DNA from: Enterobacteria phage vB_EcoM_IME338
Sequence record: MH051914
Direction: 5' to 3' (one strand)
Length of the DNA stretch: 64,000 nt
Shown here piece after piece: positions 63,479 to 64,000 of the stretch (positions are counted from its first letter, which is position 1; the number at the start of each line of letters is the position of its first letter). The notes beneath the pieces are model-generated. The model saw only the letters and a program-made list of their open reading frames with translations. It was not told the DNA's origin and did no database searches. A program made the position numbers and the translations under genes.

Positions 63479-63814
63479 ATGAAAATCAAAGAGATGAATA
63501 TTAACGTTGTCTTGGAAGAACGCTGGGAAAACATTAAGAAACCTGAAGATGGTAAAAAGTTTCTTAACAAAATTTTAGTAGCAGCTAAAGAAGAACTGAA
63601 TGGCAAGATTGCAGCAGCAATCACAATAAAGGTTTGTGTAAAAGGTCTTCCAGACAACCACCAATTTGCACTTGACGAGTTTAAAGAAAGCTTCTACAAT
63701 CCAAACAAACAGATGCTTGAAAGTAACTTTGCAGTATCTACAAGTATCGTCCATGACAGAAGCTTTATCCTTTACAAAAATATGAGAGGTGAGTCATGCA
63801 AGCATATTGGATAG
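63479..63814 (+). CDS. hypothetical protein
   Basis: 111 aa ORF. Confidence 0.45.
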   Translation: MKIKEMNINVVLEERWENIKKPEDGKKFLNKILVAAKEELNGKIAAAITIKVCVKGLPDNHQFALDEFKESFYNPNKQMLESNFAVSTSIVHDRSFILYKNMRGESCKHIG

Positions 63815-63972
63815 AAATTTTACTGTCACTTGGTAGTGTAGCAGTATTTGTTTACCTTCTTTGCAAGTACTACGCAGAGTACAAGAAGTGTGATTACTGC
63901 AATGGGGAAGGTTATACAAGAGCAGGTTGTTGCCCTATGTGTGGCGGTTCTGGTAAGATGTTTAATAAGTAA
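63796..63972 (+). CDS. small membrane protein with C-terminal Cys-rich motif
   Basis: 58 aa ORF not in supplied track: MQAYWIEILLSLGSVAVFVYLLCKYYAEYKKCDYCNGEGYTRAGCCPMCGGSGKMFNK. Confidence 0.3.
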   Translation: MQAYWIEILLSLGSVAVFVYLLCKYYAEYKKCDYCNGEGYTRAGCCPMCGGSGKMFNK

Positions 63973-64000
63973 TTTAACAGTAAACTAAGAGGTAAGTATT

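Overview
The window reads as a contiguous piece of a virulent tailed-phage genome, most consistent (inference from gene content, not a database search) with a Felix O1-like myovirus. All calls below come from reading the sequence and the supplied ORF translations by eye; no searches or structure predictions were run. Layout: (1) 1-2.7 kb, minus strand: T4-type endolysin plus a paralogous gene pair. (2) 2.8-4.8 kb: sigma70-like promoters and a von Willebrand A (vWA) protein that may be Ro60/TROVE-like. (3) 4.99-9.0 kb: an array of 23 plus-strand tRNA genes interrupted by long structured spacers that carry a repeated hairpin element family, an orphan T-arm and recurring sequence motifs. (4) 9.2-33 kb, plus strand: the complete morphogenesis module (large terminase, portal, S49-type prohead protease, capsid, sheath/tube, chaperone with a -1 slippery site, tape measure, baseplate, two His-rich tail fibres, small membrane proteins). 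(5) 33-42.4 kb, minus strand: thymidylate synthase, DHFR, ATP-dependent DNA ligase, a frameshifted HNH-AP2 homing endonuclease, and a T7-type family A DNA polymerase split by a 268-nt group I intron. (6) 42.6-64 kb, plus strand: dNMP kinase, primase-helicase, SSB-like protein, 5'-3' exonuclease, aerobic RNR (nrdA/nrdB/nrdH), anaerobic RNR nrdD split by a 316-nt group I intron, nrdG, and a PRPP-synthetase-like plus NAMPT-like gene pair. The most interesting candidates are the two ORF-less group I introns (one beside a decayed homing endonuclease), the Prs-like/NAMPT-like pair as a possible NAD+ reconstitution counter-defence module, and the vWA protein next to tRNA-like noncoding elements. No CRISPR array, rRNA or integrase was seen.
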